Source of the DNA: Alistipes sp.
GTDB taxonomy: Bacteria; Bacteroidota; Bacteroidia; Bacteroidales; Rikenellaceae
Assembly: GCA_029065825.1 (NCBI GenBank)
Contig: JAIEHQ010000066.1
Coordinates: 1-41,424 of the forward strand
Direction: 5' to 3'
Length of the DNA stretch: 41,424 bases
Shown: piece after piece, positions 17,310 through 25,499 of the stretch
How positions within the stretch are numbered: position 1 is the stretch's first letter
Layout: each line of letters opens with the position of its first letter
The notes under the pieces: model-generated
The model's input: the letters and a program-made list of their open reading frames with translations, nothing else
What the model was told of the DNA's origin: nothing
Databases searched by the model: none
Position numbers and translations under genes: made by a program

Positions 17310-17348
17310 AAATTCCCCCTCCCACAAAATCTGTGGGGGGGGGAATTT
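17310..17348. terminator. Hairpin downstream of rpsU with a G9 run (possibly bidirectional terminator)
   Basis: AAATTCCCCCTCCCACA-AAATC-TGTGGGGGGGGGAATTT. Confidence 0.65.
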
Positions 17349-17389
17349 CTTCCCTTGTTTTTCTCTGATACAGAGACTATTTATATACC

Positions 17390-17581
17390 CTACTCCTCGT
17401 CGCGGTACATCTTCTCCACGTAGATCGCGTGCTGCATCGCCTCGCGCTTCGCTACGGAAGGTTTGGTAAAGTACTGACGGCGGCGGAGCTCTTTCAGAAC
17501 GCCCGTACGCTCGTATTTACGCTTGAATTTCTTGAGGGCCTTCTCGATGTTCTCACCCTCCTTAACCGGCATGATAATCAT
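17390..17581 (-). CDS. rpsU: 30S ribosomal protein bS21
   Basis: MIIMPVKEGENIEKALKKFKRKYERTGVLKELRRRQYFTKPS. Confidence 0.97.
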   Translation of the reverse strand: MIIMPVKEGENIEKALKKFKRKYERTGVLKELRRRQYFTKPSVAKREAMQHAIYVEKMYRDEE

Positions 17582-17614
17582 GATCGTCTAAATTTTTTAT
17601 CGTTTTTACTTCTG

Positions 17615-18757
17615 TTATTCTCTTATCTTTTCATTCTCGTTCGGAAGACGATGCGGCTCCCGCACCGACTCTTCCCCTGGACCGTACCCGGGATTCCTGC
17701 GTACCGTAAACCGAAGATAGGGAGCCAGTCGTTCGGCTTCCTTCGGGGTCAATATGTGATCTTCAACCAACTCTTCGGCAGTACTCCAACCTCCTTTCAA
17801 TTGTCTTTTGCTCAACAGCCTCCTGAGCGCGGCGGGCGGAATGTAGGGATGCCCTTTCAGTACGCTCGGAGCCACAAAGTTAATATCAATTTTCCGAATT
17901 TTGCAACTATCGCAGCAAATTTGTTGCACGATCCGCTCGAAATTGGCCTCCGTAACCTGCGGAATCTCCGCCAGCTGCTCCGGCGAATGGAAGCCGCCGA
18001 GCCGCTCGCGGTAGCGCAGAATCGCCGCGACGCTCTTCGCTCCGATCCCCGCCACCGAACGCAGCGCGGCGGAGTCGGCACCGTTTATCTCGACCGGCCC
18101 CCGCGGCCGGGCCGGCTCCCGTTCGGGGAAGATTACCAGGGGCAGCAGCATATCGGCCACCGAGTCGGCGATCATGTAGCAGGCCCGCAGCCCGGCTTCG
18201 TCGCGCAGACCGCCCGCCAGGTCGCGATAACGGATTATGGACTCCGCCTGACGCTCGGAGAAGCCCATCGCCACGAAGCAGGCGACGGTCGCCGTGTCGA
18301 TCCGGAACGGAGCGTCGGGCGGCACGATCCGCCGCGACTTCGGTTCGCGGCGCTCCGCCTGCGCGGACGGCTCCGGCCGGCGCGGCGCGAACGTATATTC
18401 CCGCGCAATGCGGATATAAGGTGCCAGCAGGAAGTAGAGCGAGTCGGTCATGCCGTAGCAGAGGGCCACATCCTCCGGAATCCGGAACACCTTGCCCGCC
18501 GCCCGGTAGCGGAGCAGCCCCACGGCCGCACGCTCGGAGAGTCCCAGCCGCCGCAGGTCGGCATACTCCACCGTATTGGGATCGAACTCGAAGCGGCGGA
18601 CGGAATCGCCCACCGCCTCCATCCGCCGCCCCGTCCGCCGGGCAGCCTCCTCCCGGTCGCGCCGCTCGACGAGCAGCAGCCCCAGCAGGAAGAGTCCCCC
18701 GAGCGCCACGAATACCACGAGCGCCCGGCGCTCCCGACGCGAAAACCACCCCTTCAT
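17615..18757 (-). CDS. ComEA-like helix-hairpin-helix repeat protein
   Basis: N-terminal TM; FDPNT..LRRLGLS..YR..G.VF, IDTAT..MGFS, VEINGADSAALRSVAGIGAKS..ILRYRERLGGF and IDINF..L.GHPYI modules. Confidence 0.85.
   Translation of the reverse strand: MKGWFSRRERRALVVFVALGGLFLLGLLLVERRDREEAARRTGRRMEAVGDSVRRFEFDPNTVEYADLRRLGLSERAAVGLLRYRAAGKVFRIPEDVALCYGMTDSLYFLLAPYIRIAREYTFAPRRPEPSAQAERREPKSRRIVPPDAPFRIDTATVACFVAMGFSERQAESIIRYRDLAGGLRDEAGLRACYMIADSVADMLLPLVIFPEREPARPRGPVEINGADSAALRSVAGIGAKSVAAILRYRERLGGFHSPEQLAEIPQVTEANFERIVQQICCDSCKIRKIDINFVAPSVLKGHPYIPPAALRRLLSKRQLKGGWSTAEELVEDHILTPKEAERLAPYLRFTVRRNPGYGPGEESVREPHRLPNENEKIRE
17875..17882 (-). promoter_or_regulatory. Candidate rpsU promoter embedded in the HhH gene
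   Basis: Plus-strand CAAAGTTA reads TAACTTTG on minus, inside a locally AT-rich coding stretch. Confidence 0.55.
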
Positions 18758-18769
18758 GATACCGATCTT

Positions 18770-20617
18770 TTACCAGGAGGCCCCGTCGGAGAGAAGCAGC
18801 CGGCGGTAACGCTCCGAGGGCGAAGCGATCCGCCCGCCCAGTCCGTACTCCTCCCAGCGGCGATCGACCAGCCGCACCGTCTCGGGGAGCGAAGTCACCA
18901 CATTGGGAAAACGCTCCGGATTGCCCGCCTCGCCGGGGCGCTTGCTCCGGGCATCGAGCCGCAGCATCCCCTCCCGGACGACCGCATCGCGCCGGGGATC
19001 GGTGTTCGCCGCAGCCAGCCAGAGCAGCTCCGCAGCCTCCAGCCCCCGGGCACGGCCGTCAAAGAGCACGGCGTAGCGCACCCTCGCGCAGACGTTGCGG
19101 GCGAAGAACGCATCGAGATCGGGCGCTGCGCCGGCAGCGTCGTCGGCGTAGAGCACCAGCACACCCCATGCGGCGAGGTATTGCGCATCCGCCGCCGCGA
19201 TGCCCCCCGTCATCACGAACCGTTCGGGCAGCACCGCCTCATCGGCCGGAAGCACCGGGTCGATTCCCGTCAGGTCGAGCGCCAGTTTCCCGCCGAACCC
19301 GGAGGTGGCGGTGGCGTGGTCGAGCACGTCGTAGATCCCCTCGCTGCGCACCGCATCGCGGGGAAATTCGGCGCGGCGCAGCAGCGCGGCCAGCGCTTCG
19401 GGCGAACGTACGTCGCAGCCGCGCGGCACGACGACGAGGTATTTGTTGAACATCATCTGGCCCGCGCCCCACAGCCCCTGCGCCACCTTGGTCGCCTGCC
19501 CCTCGTAGCGGCTGTCGATCGACACGACGGCCAGGTTGTGGGCCGTGCCGGCGACGGGCATCGTCAGGTCGCACACCTCGGGCTGGGCAGCCAGACGGAT
19601 GGGAGCCAGGAAGAGCCGTTCGGTGGCCTGCGCGATGTAGGCATCCTCCTGCGGCGGGATCCCCACCAGCGTGGCCGGATAGACGGCATCGCGCCGCCGC
19701 GTGAGGGCCGTCACGTGAAAACGGGGGTAGCGGTCCGTGAGCGAGTAGAACCCCGTGTGGTCGCCGAAAGGCCCCTCCTCGCACAGGGGTTCTTCGGGAT
19801 CGACATACCCTTCGATCACGAAATCGCAGTCGGCCGGGACGTAGATGTCGCTGGTCAGGCACTTGACCAGCTTCACGGGCCGCTGCCTCAGGAAGCCGGC
19901 CAGCAGGTACTCGTCCATGTTGTCGGGCATCGGCGCGGTCGCCGCATAGGTATAGACCGGATCGCCGCCCAGCGCCACGGCCACGGGCATGCGCCGCCCG
20001 GCGCGCCGGTAACCCTCGCAGTGGCGGGCACCGGTCTTGTGGCGGTGCCAGTGCATTCCGGTCGTATGTCCGTCGAAAAGCTGCATGCGGTACATGCCCA
20101 CGTTGCGGATGCCCGTCTCGGGATCGAGGGTGTGGACCAGCGGCAGGGTCACGAACCGCCCCCCGTCACAGCCCCAGCACTCGAGCACGGGAAGCGCGTC
20201 GAGCGATGCCTCCTCGCCGCGCAGCACCACCTGCTGGCACTCCCCGCGCGAGGAGGAGGTGCGCGGCAGCCAGCGCGACATCCCGGCCAGCAGGGGCAGC
20301 ATCCGCAGCTTGTCGGCCAGCGTGTTCTTCGGCCCCGCGACCTGCCGCAGCAGGTCGTCCAAACGGCGGGAGAGGGCCTCCAGCGACTCGACCCCGAGCG
20401 CCAGGGCCATGCGCCGCTCGGAACCCATCATGTTCATCAGCACCGGAAACCCGGTGCCGGTCCGCTCGAAAAGCAGCGCCTTGCCTCCGCCGGGCTGCTT
20501 CGAAACGCGGTCGGCGATCTCCGCCATCTCATATACGGGCGAAACCTCCGCCCCGATGCGCACCAACTCGCCCTCCCGGTCGAGAAGGTCGATGAATTCC
20601 CTCAGATTCCGATACAT
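18770..20617 (-). CDS. mqnL: UbiD-family menaquinone biosynthesis decarboxylase (futalosine pathway)
   Basis: Start moved to ATG 20617 (MYRNLREFI); DGGRFVT, RNVGMYRMQ, GMHWHRHK, EGPFGDHTGFY, VGIPPQED, GQMMFNK, DVLDHA; 615 aa with extended C-terminus. Confidence 0.85.
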   Translation of the reverse strand: MYRNLREFIDLLDREGELVRIGAEVSPVYEMAEIADRVSKQPGGGKALLFERTGTGFPVLMNMMGSERRMALALGVESLEALSRRLDDLLRQVAGPKNTLADKLRMLPLLAGMSRWLPRTSSSRGECQQVVLRGEEASLDALPVLECWGCDGGRFVTLPLVHTLDPETGIRNVGMYRMQLFDGHTTGMHWHRHKTGARHCEGYRRAGRRMPVAVALGGDPVYTYAATAPMPDNMDEYLLAGFLRQRPVKLVKCLTSDIYVPADCDFVIEGYVDPEEPLCEEGPFGDHTGFYSLTDRYPRFHVTALTRRRDAVYPATLVGIPPQEDAYIAQATERLFLAPIRLAAQPEVCDLTMPVAGTAHNLAVVSIDSRYEGQATKVAQGLWGAGQMMFNKYLVVVPRGCDVRSPEALAALLRRAEFPRDAVRSEGIYDVLDHATATSGFGGKLALDLTGIDPVLPADEAVLPERFVMTGGIAAADAQYLAAWGVLVLYADDAAGAAPDLDAFFARNVCARVRYAVLFDGRARGLEAAELLWLAAANTDPRRDAVVREGMLRLDARSKRPGEAGNPERFPNVVTSLPETVRLVDRRWEEYGLGGRIASPSERYRRLLLSDGASW

Positions 20618-20683
20618 AATATGACTGCTTACGCCCCGGCCGCGAGCGCCCTGCGCACCCTTGCCGCCCGGAGACTTCCCGTG

Positions 20684-20691
20684 CAAAGGTA
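20684..20691 (-). promoter_or_regulatory. -7 element for decarboxylase gene
   Basis: Plus-strand CAAAGGTA reads TACCTTTG on minus. Confidence 0.6.
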
Positions 20692-20902
20692 GCAAAACGC
20701 CCCGGCATCTCCAACCTCCCGGACTGCGGAATCCCCGCCGCCCGCCGAAAAACAGCCGCAAAACACCGCTCCGACCCGCACACGGCACCGGCCGCAGGTT
20801 AAATTCCGCTGTTTTTTGCTTCCAATCCCGCAAATATTTCGTACCTTTACCCGGAATTTAAAACGAATGTTGAAACATTTCAATACTAATCTCTAATTTA
20901 TT

Positions 20903-22753
20903 ATGGCAAATACCAACCGTGAAAAGTTGTTTACCGAGTTCCCGCAGGTCTCGACCGAGAAGTGGGAAGAGGTAATCACAGCCGACCTGAAAGGTGCGGA
21001 CTACGAGCGTAAATTGGTGTGGAAAACGCCGGAAGGATTCAACGTGCGCCCCTACTACCGTGCGGAGAATCTGGAGGGGCTGAAATTCCTCGGCTCCGAA
21101 GCCGGAGTATTCCCCTACGTGCGGGGCACCCGTGCCCACAACCGCTGGAAAGTCCACCAGACGGTCATCGTAAAATGCCCCGAAGAGGCCAATGAAATCG
21201 CGACCAAGATCCTCAACGCAGGCATCGACTCGATCGAGTTCCGCATCATGTCGGAGGAGTTCTCGGCCGAAGAGCTCGACACGCTGCTCGCAGGCATCTC
21301 CCTGCCGGCCGTCGAGGTAACTTTCAGCGGCCGCAAGACGGCGCGCGTCGCCGAACTCGTGCTGGAGAAAATCGAGCGCGAGAAGCTCGCAGCCGAAGAG
21401 CTTCACATCAACTTCTGCATCGACCCGCTGGTCAAGAAGCTGACCTCGAAGGGAGACTTCTGCTCGGAGAACGGCGTGAAGTGCTTCGAACGCATCGCCG
21501 GACTGATCCGCAAGACCAAGGATTGCAAAGGCATCCGCGTGGTCACGGTATCGGGCCACATCTTCAGCAACGCCGGCTCGACCATCGTCGAAGAGCTCGC
21601 CTTCTCGCTGGCCGCCGGACACGACTACCTGGTGCGCCTGATGGAGCTGGGCTTCACGGTCGAGGAGGCGGCGCGCAAGATCCGCTTCTCGCTGGCCATT
21701 ACCTCCAATTACTTCATGGAGATCGCCAAGCTGCGCGCCGGCCGCATGCTGTGGGCCAACATCGTCAAGGCCTACGCTCCGGCCAAGAACTGCCCCTGCA
21801 AAATGTTTACCCACGCGGTAACCTCGTCGTGGAACCAGACGGCATACGACCCCTACGTGAACATGCTGCGCGGTACGACCGAAGCCATGTCGGCGACGAT
21901 CGCCGGCGTGAACTCGCTGGAGGTAATGCCTTTCAACGCCGCATACGAAGAGCCTAACGAGTTCTCGATGCGCATCGCACGCAATGTCGAGCTGCTGCTC
22001 AAGCACGAATCGCACTTCGACCAGGTGGTCGATCCGGCCGGCGGCTCCTATTACATCGAGAACCTGACCGACTCGATCGCCAACGAGGCATGGAAGCTCT
22101 TCTGCGAGATCGAGGAGAAGGGCGGATACACCGAGGCATACCGCAGCGGCATGATCGTCGAGCGCGTGAAGGCTTCGGCCGCAGCGAAGGACAAAAACAT
22201 CGCCACGCGCCGCCAGATCCTGCTGGGTGCCAACCAGTATCCCAACTTTACCGAGACGGCCGGCAAGGAGCTGACCGAGGAGGCCGTGACCCGTCCCGCA
22301 AGCGAGGGCAACACCCTGGCACCCTACCGGGGTGCGATGGCTTTCGAGGCGATGCGTCTGCATGTGGATCGCAGCGGCAAGGAACCCAAGGCGTTCATGC
22401 TCACGTGCGGCAGCCTGGCGATGGCCCGCGCCCGCGCCCAGTTCTCCTGCAACTTCTTCGCATGCGCCGGCATCAAGGTCATCGACAACACCTTCTTCAA
22501 GTCGCTCGAAGAGGGCGTGAAGGCCGCTCTGGAGTCGAAGGCGGAGATCGTCGTGGTCTGCGCGTCGGACGACGACTACGCAGAGGTGGCTCCGAAGATC
22601 AAGGAGATGCTCGCCGGCCGCGCCATCCTCGTGGTCGCAGGCGCTCCCGCATGCGCTCCCGAGCTGGAGGCTCAGGGCATCACGAATTTCATCAACGTCA
22701 AGAGCAACGTGCTTGAAACGCTGAAATTCTACCTCAAAGAAATGGGTATCTAA
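20903..22753 (+). CDS. mutA: Methylmalonyl-CoA mutase small subunit
   Basis: FPYVRGT, YFMEIAKLRA, DPYVNMLRGTTE, DPAGGSYYIE; lacks DxHxxG; precedes the large subunit. Confidence 0.95.
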   Translation: MANTNREKLFTEFPQVSTEKWEEVITADLKGADYERKLVWKTPEGFNVRPYYRAENLEGLKFLGSEAGVFPYVRGTRAHNRWKVHQTVIVKCPEEANEIATKILNAGIDSIEFRIMSEEFSAEELDTLLAGISLPAVEVTFSGRKTARVAELVLEKIEREKLAAEELHINFCIDPLVKKLTSKGDFCSENGVKCFERIAGLIRKTKDCKGIRVVTVSGHIFSNAGSTIVEELAFSLAAGHDYLVRLMELGFTVEEAARKIRFSLAITSNYFMEIAKLRAGRMLWANIVKAYAPAKNCPCKMFTHAVTSSWNQTAYDPYVNMLRGTTEAMSATIAGVNSLEVMPFNAAYEEPNEFSMRIARNVELLLKHESHFDQVVDPAGGSYYIENLTDSIANEAWKLFCEIEEKGGYTEAYRSGMIVERVKASAAAKDKNIATRRQILLGANQYPNFTETAGKELTEEAVTRPASEGNTLAPYRGAMAFEAMRLHVDRSGKEPKAFMLTCGSLAMARARAQFSCNFFACAGIKVIDNTFFKSLEEGVKAALESKAEIVVVCASDDDYAEVAPKIKEMLAGRAILVVAGAPACAPELEAQGITNFINVKSNVLETLKFYLKEMGI

Positions 22754-22765
22754 AAAGCGAAAGTC

Positions 22766-24910
22766 ATGAGAGCAAAATTTGCAGATTTGAAATACGACGG
22801 AGGCGAGCAGAAGAGCTGCTGCGCTTCGAAAGGCTGCGGTCAGGTTGAGCCGTGGCTGACCGCCGAGCGAATCCCCGTCAAGGGCAGCTACTCGGCCGAG
22901 GATCTGGAGGGAATGGAGCACCTGAACTATGCGGCAGGTATCGCCCCCTTCCTGCGCGGTCCCTACTCGACGATGTACGTGATGCGTCCGTGGACCATCC
23001 GTCAGTACGCCGGCTTCTCGACCGCCGAGGAGTCGAACGCCTTCTACCGCCGCAACCTGGCGGCCGGACAGAAGGGTCTCTCGGTTGCGTTCGACCTGGC
23101 GACCCACCGAGGCTACGACGCCGATCATCCGCGCGTGGTGGGCGACGTGGGCAAGGCCGGTGTGTCGATCTGCTCGGTGGAGGACATGAAGGTGCTCTTC
23201 AACGGCATTCCGCTCGACCGCATGTCGGTGTCGATGACCATGAACGGTGCCGTGCTGCCCGTGCTGGCATTCTACATCGTGACCGGTCTGGAGCAGGGCT
23301 GCACCCTCGATCAGCTGGCCGGTACGATCCAGAACGACATCCTCAAGGAGTTCATGGTGCGCAACACCTATATTTATCCGCCCAAGTTCTCGATGAAGAT
23401 CATCGCCGACATCTTCGAGTACACCTCAAAGAACATGCCCAAGTTCAACTCGATCTCGATCTCCGGCTACCACATGCAGGAGGCGGGCGCTACGGCCGAC
23501 ATCGAGCTGGCCTACACGCTGGCCGACGGTCTGGAGTACCTGCGTGCGGGCGTTGCCGCCGGCATGTCGGTCGATGCCTTCGCACCGCGTCTGTCGTTCT
23601 TCTGGGCCATCGGCATGAACCACTTCATGGAGATCGCCAAGATGCGCGCCGCGCGTATGCTCTGGGCCAAGATCGTCAAGCAGTTCGAGCCTAAGAACCC
23701 CAAATCGCTGGCACTGCGTACGCACAGCCAGACCTCGGGCTGGTCGCTTACCGAGCAGGATCCCTTCAACAACGTGGCCCGCACGGCCATCGAGGCGATG
23801 GGTGCCGCTCTGGGCCACACCCAGTCGCTGCACACCAACGCGCTCGACGAGGCGATCGCCCTGCCGACCGACTTCTCGGCACGTATCGCCCGCAACACCC
23901 AGATCTACATCCAGGAGGAGACCAACGTCTGCCGCGAGGTGGATCCCTGGGCCGGTTCGTACTACGTCGAGACCCTGACCAACGAGATCGCACACAAGGC
24001 CTGGGAGCACATCCAGGAGATCGAGAAGCTGGGCGGCATGGCCAAGGCCATCGAGACCGGCATTCCGAAGATGCGTATCGAGGAGGCTGCGGCCCGCAAG
24101 CAGGCCCGCATCGACTCGGGCGTGGAGAAGATCATCGGCGTGAACGAGTACCGTCTCGACCACGAGGCTCCGATCGACATCCTCGCCGTCGATAACACCG
24201 CCGTGCGCGAGAGCCAGATCAAGCGTCTGAAGGAGCTGCGCGCCAACCGCGACGAAGCGGCCGTCAAGAAGGCGCTCGAGGCCATTACCGAGTGCGTGAA
24301 GACCGGCAAGGGCAACCTGCTGGAGTTGGCTGTCGAGGCTGCCAAGGTGCGTGCGTCGCTGGGCGAGATCTCCGATGCCTGCGAAGTCGTCGTGGGCCGT
24401 TACAAAGCTGTCATTCGTTCCATCTCAGGTGTATATAGTTCAGAAGTGAAATCAGATTCCGCATTCGCACACGCCAAGGAGCTGGCCGCCGAATTCGCCA
24501 AGAAAGAGGGCCGTCAGCCGCGTATCATGGTCGCAAAACTGGGCCAGGACGGCCACGACCGCGGCGCGAAAGTCGTAGCTACCGGCTATGCCGACATCGG
24601 CTTCGACGTAGATATGGGTCCGCTGTTCCAGACTCCCGAGGAGGCTGCGAAGCAGGCGGTCGAGAACGACGTGCATGTCGTGGGCGTATCGTCGCTGGCT
24701 GCCGGCCACCTGACGCTCGTTCCGCAGATCATCGCCGAGCTCAAGAAACTGGGCCGCGAGGACATCATCGTCATCGTCGGCGGTGTGATCCCCGCTCAGG
24801 ACTACGATGAACTCTACCGCGACGGTGCCGCCGCCATCTTCGGTCCCGGTACGCCGATCGCAACCGCCGCGATCAAGATCCTGGAGATCCTGCTCGACGA
24901 GCAGAAGTAA
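22766..24910 (+). CDS. scpA: Methylmalonyl-CoA mutase large (catalytic) subunit
   Basis: [44 protein letters not shown]12-binding GQDGHDRG. Confidence 0.97.
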   Translation: MRAKFADLKYDGGEQKSCCASKGCGQVEPWLTAERIPVKGSYSAEDLEGMEHLNYAAGIAPFLRGPYSTMYVMRPWTIRQYAGFSTAEESNAFYRRNLAAGQKGLSVAFDLATHRGYDADHPRVVGDVGKAGVSICSVEDMKVLFNGIPLDRMSVSMTMNGAVLPVLAFYIVTGLEQGCTLDQLAGTIQNDILKEFMVRNTYIYPPKFSMKIIADIFEYTSKNMPKFNSISISGYHMQEAGATADIELAYTLADGLEYLRAGVAAGMSVDAFAPRLSFFWAIGMNHFMEIAKMRAARMLWAKIVKQFEPKNPKSLALRTHSQTSGWSLTEQDPFNNVARTAIEAMGAALGHTQSLHTNALDEAIALPTDFSARIARNTQIYIQEETNVCREVDPWAGSYYVETLTNEIAHKAWEHIQEIEKLGGMAKAIETGIPKMRIEEAAARKQARIDSGVEKIIGVNEYRLDHEAPIDILAVDNTAVRESQIKRLKELRANRDEAAVKKALEAITECVKTGKGNLLELAVEAAKVRASLGEISDACEVVVGRYKAVIRSISGVYSSEVKSDSAFAHAKELAAEFAKKEGRQPRIMVAKLGQDGHDRGAKVVATGYADIGFDVDMGPLFQTPEEAAKQAVENDVHVVGVSSLAAGHLTLVPQIIAELKKLGREDIIVIVGGVIPAQDYDELYRDGAAAIFGPGTPIATAAIKILEILLDEQK

Positions 24911-24934
24911 TCCTGGTCTGAATCCGGTCTTTTC

Positions 24935-24968
24935 ACACCCCGGCTCGTCTGCGAGCCGGGGTGTTTTT
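24935..24968 (+). terminator. Intrinsic terminator after mutase operon
   Basis: ACACCCCGGCTCG-TCTG-CGAGCCGGGGTGT-TTTT. Confidence 0.85.
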
Positions 24969-25362
24969 CGTCACCGCCTTGTCTTGCGCCCGGGGACGGG
25001 CGGTAAAAGCCCCGAATACCTCAAAAACTGCCGTCGCTACCCTATCCCTGTTCCGCCGGATCCGGAAGCAGTCAGCATCGGCGATACCCTCCCCCGACAA
25101 TGACTCGCCGCCGCCCTTCCGCCTTCAAACGGGCGATACGCCGTCCGGTCGAGCCGGCGACAGATTTCCCAGTCTGCTTCATTTCGCCCCGCATCTCCCC
25201 GAAGGACAGCTCTCCGGGCAGTCCCCGTCGCAACGTGCAGAGAGTTGCGCGACCGTTTGTCCGTAACGCGCATTCCTGCTCGCGAAGACAACGCGACCGG
25301 AAGGGCAGAAACGGCCCCAGACACTGCTCCGCAACGCCTCCATGCGCATCGGCATATAGGCT

Positions 25363-25431
25363 GCAACCGAACAAAAACACCGTTCCTTATGACACGCCCT
25401 CCTCTTTCGGGGCAACCGCACAAAAACACCG
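25363..25431. repeat. 20-bp direct repeat (19/20 identical)
   Basis: GCAACCGAACAAAAACACCG (25363-25382) and GCAACCGCACAAAAACACCG (25412-25431). Confidence 0.75.
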
Positions 25432-25459
25432 GAGGCAGTAGTAATCTACTGCCTCCGGT
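25422..25459 (-). terminator. Intrinsic terminator after ppiD-like gene
   Basis: ACCGGAGGCAGTAG-TAAT-CTACTGCCTCCGGT, with a plus-strand A run giving a minus-strand U tail. Confidence 0.85.
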
Positions 25460-25499
25460 TCTTGAACCAAAATATTTAACTATCCTAAAATAGTCTCTG

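Noticed and set aside
17582-17614. Strong Shine-Dalgarno autoregulatory site for rpsU, as in Flavobacteria
   Set aside because: The upstream sequence is A-rich (AAAAACGATAAAAAATTTAGACGATC-ATG) with no GGAGG.
20618-20902. Cobalamin riboswitch upstream of methylmalonyl-CoA mutase
   Set aside because: No B12-box or GGGAA...GCCCCCGC/GCCACTG pattern seen; the region is explained by divergent promoters.
22811-22840. Cys cluster [10 protein letters not shown] near the mutase N-terminus as a metal site
   Set aside because: Lies in a variable N-terminal arm, fits no known motif spacing and has no supporting evidence.
25363-25431. Mini CRISPR array
   Set aside because: Only two 20-bp non-palindromic copies, one overlapping a terminator, and no cas genes.
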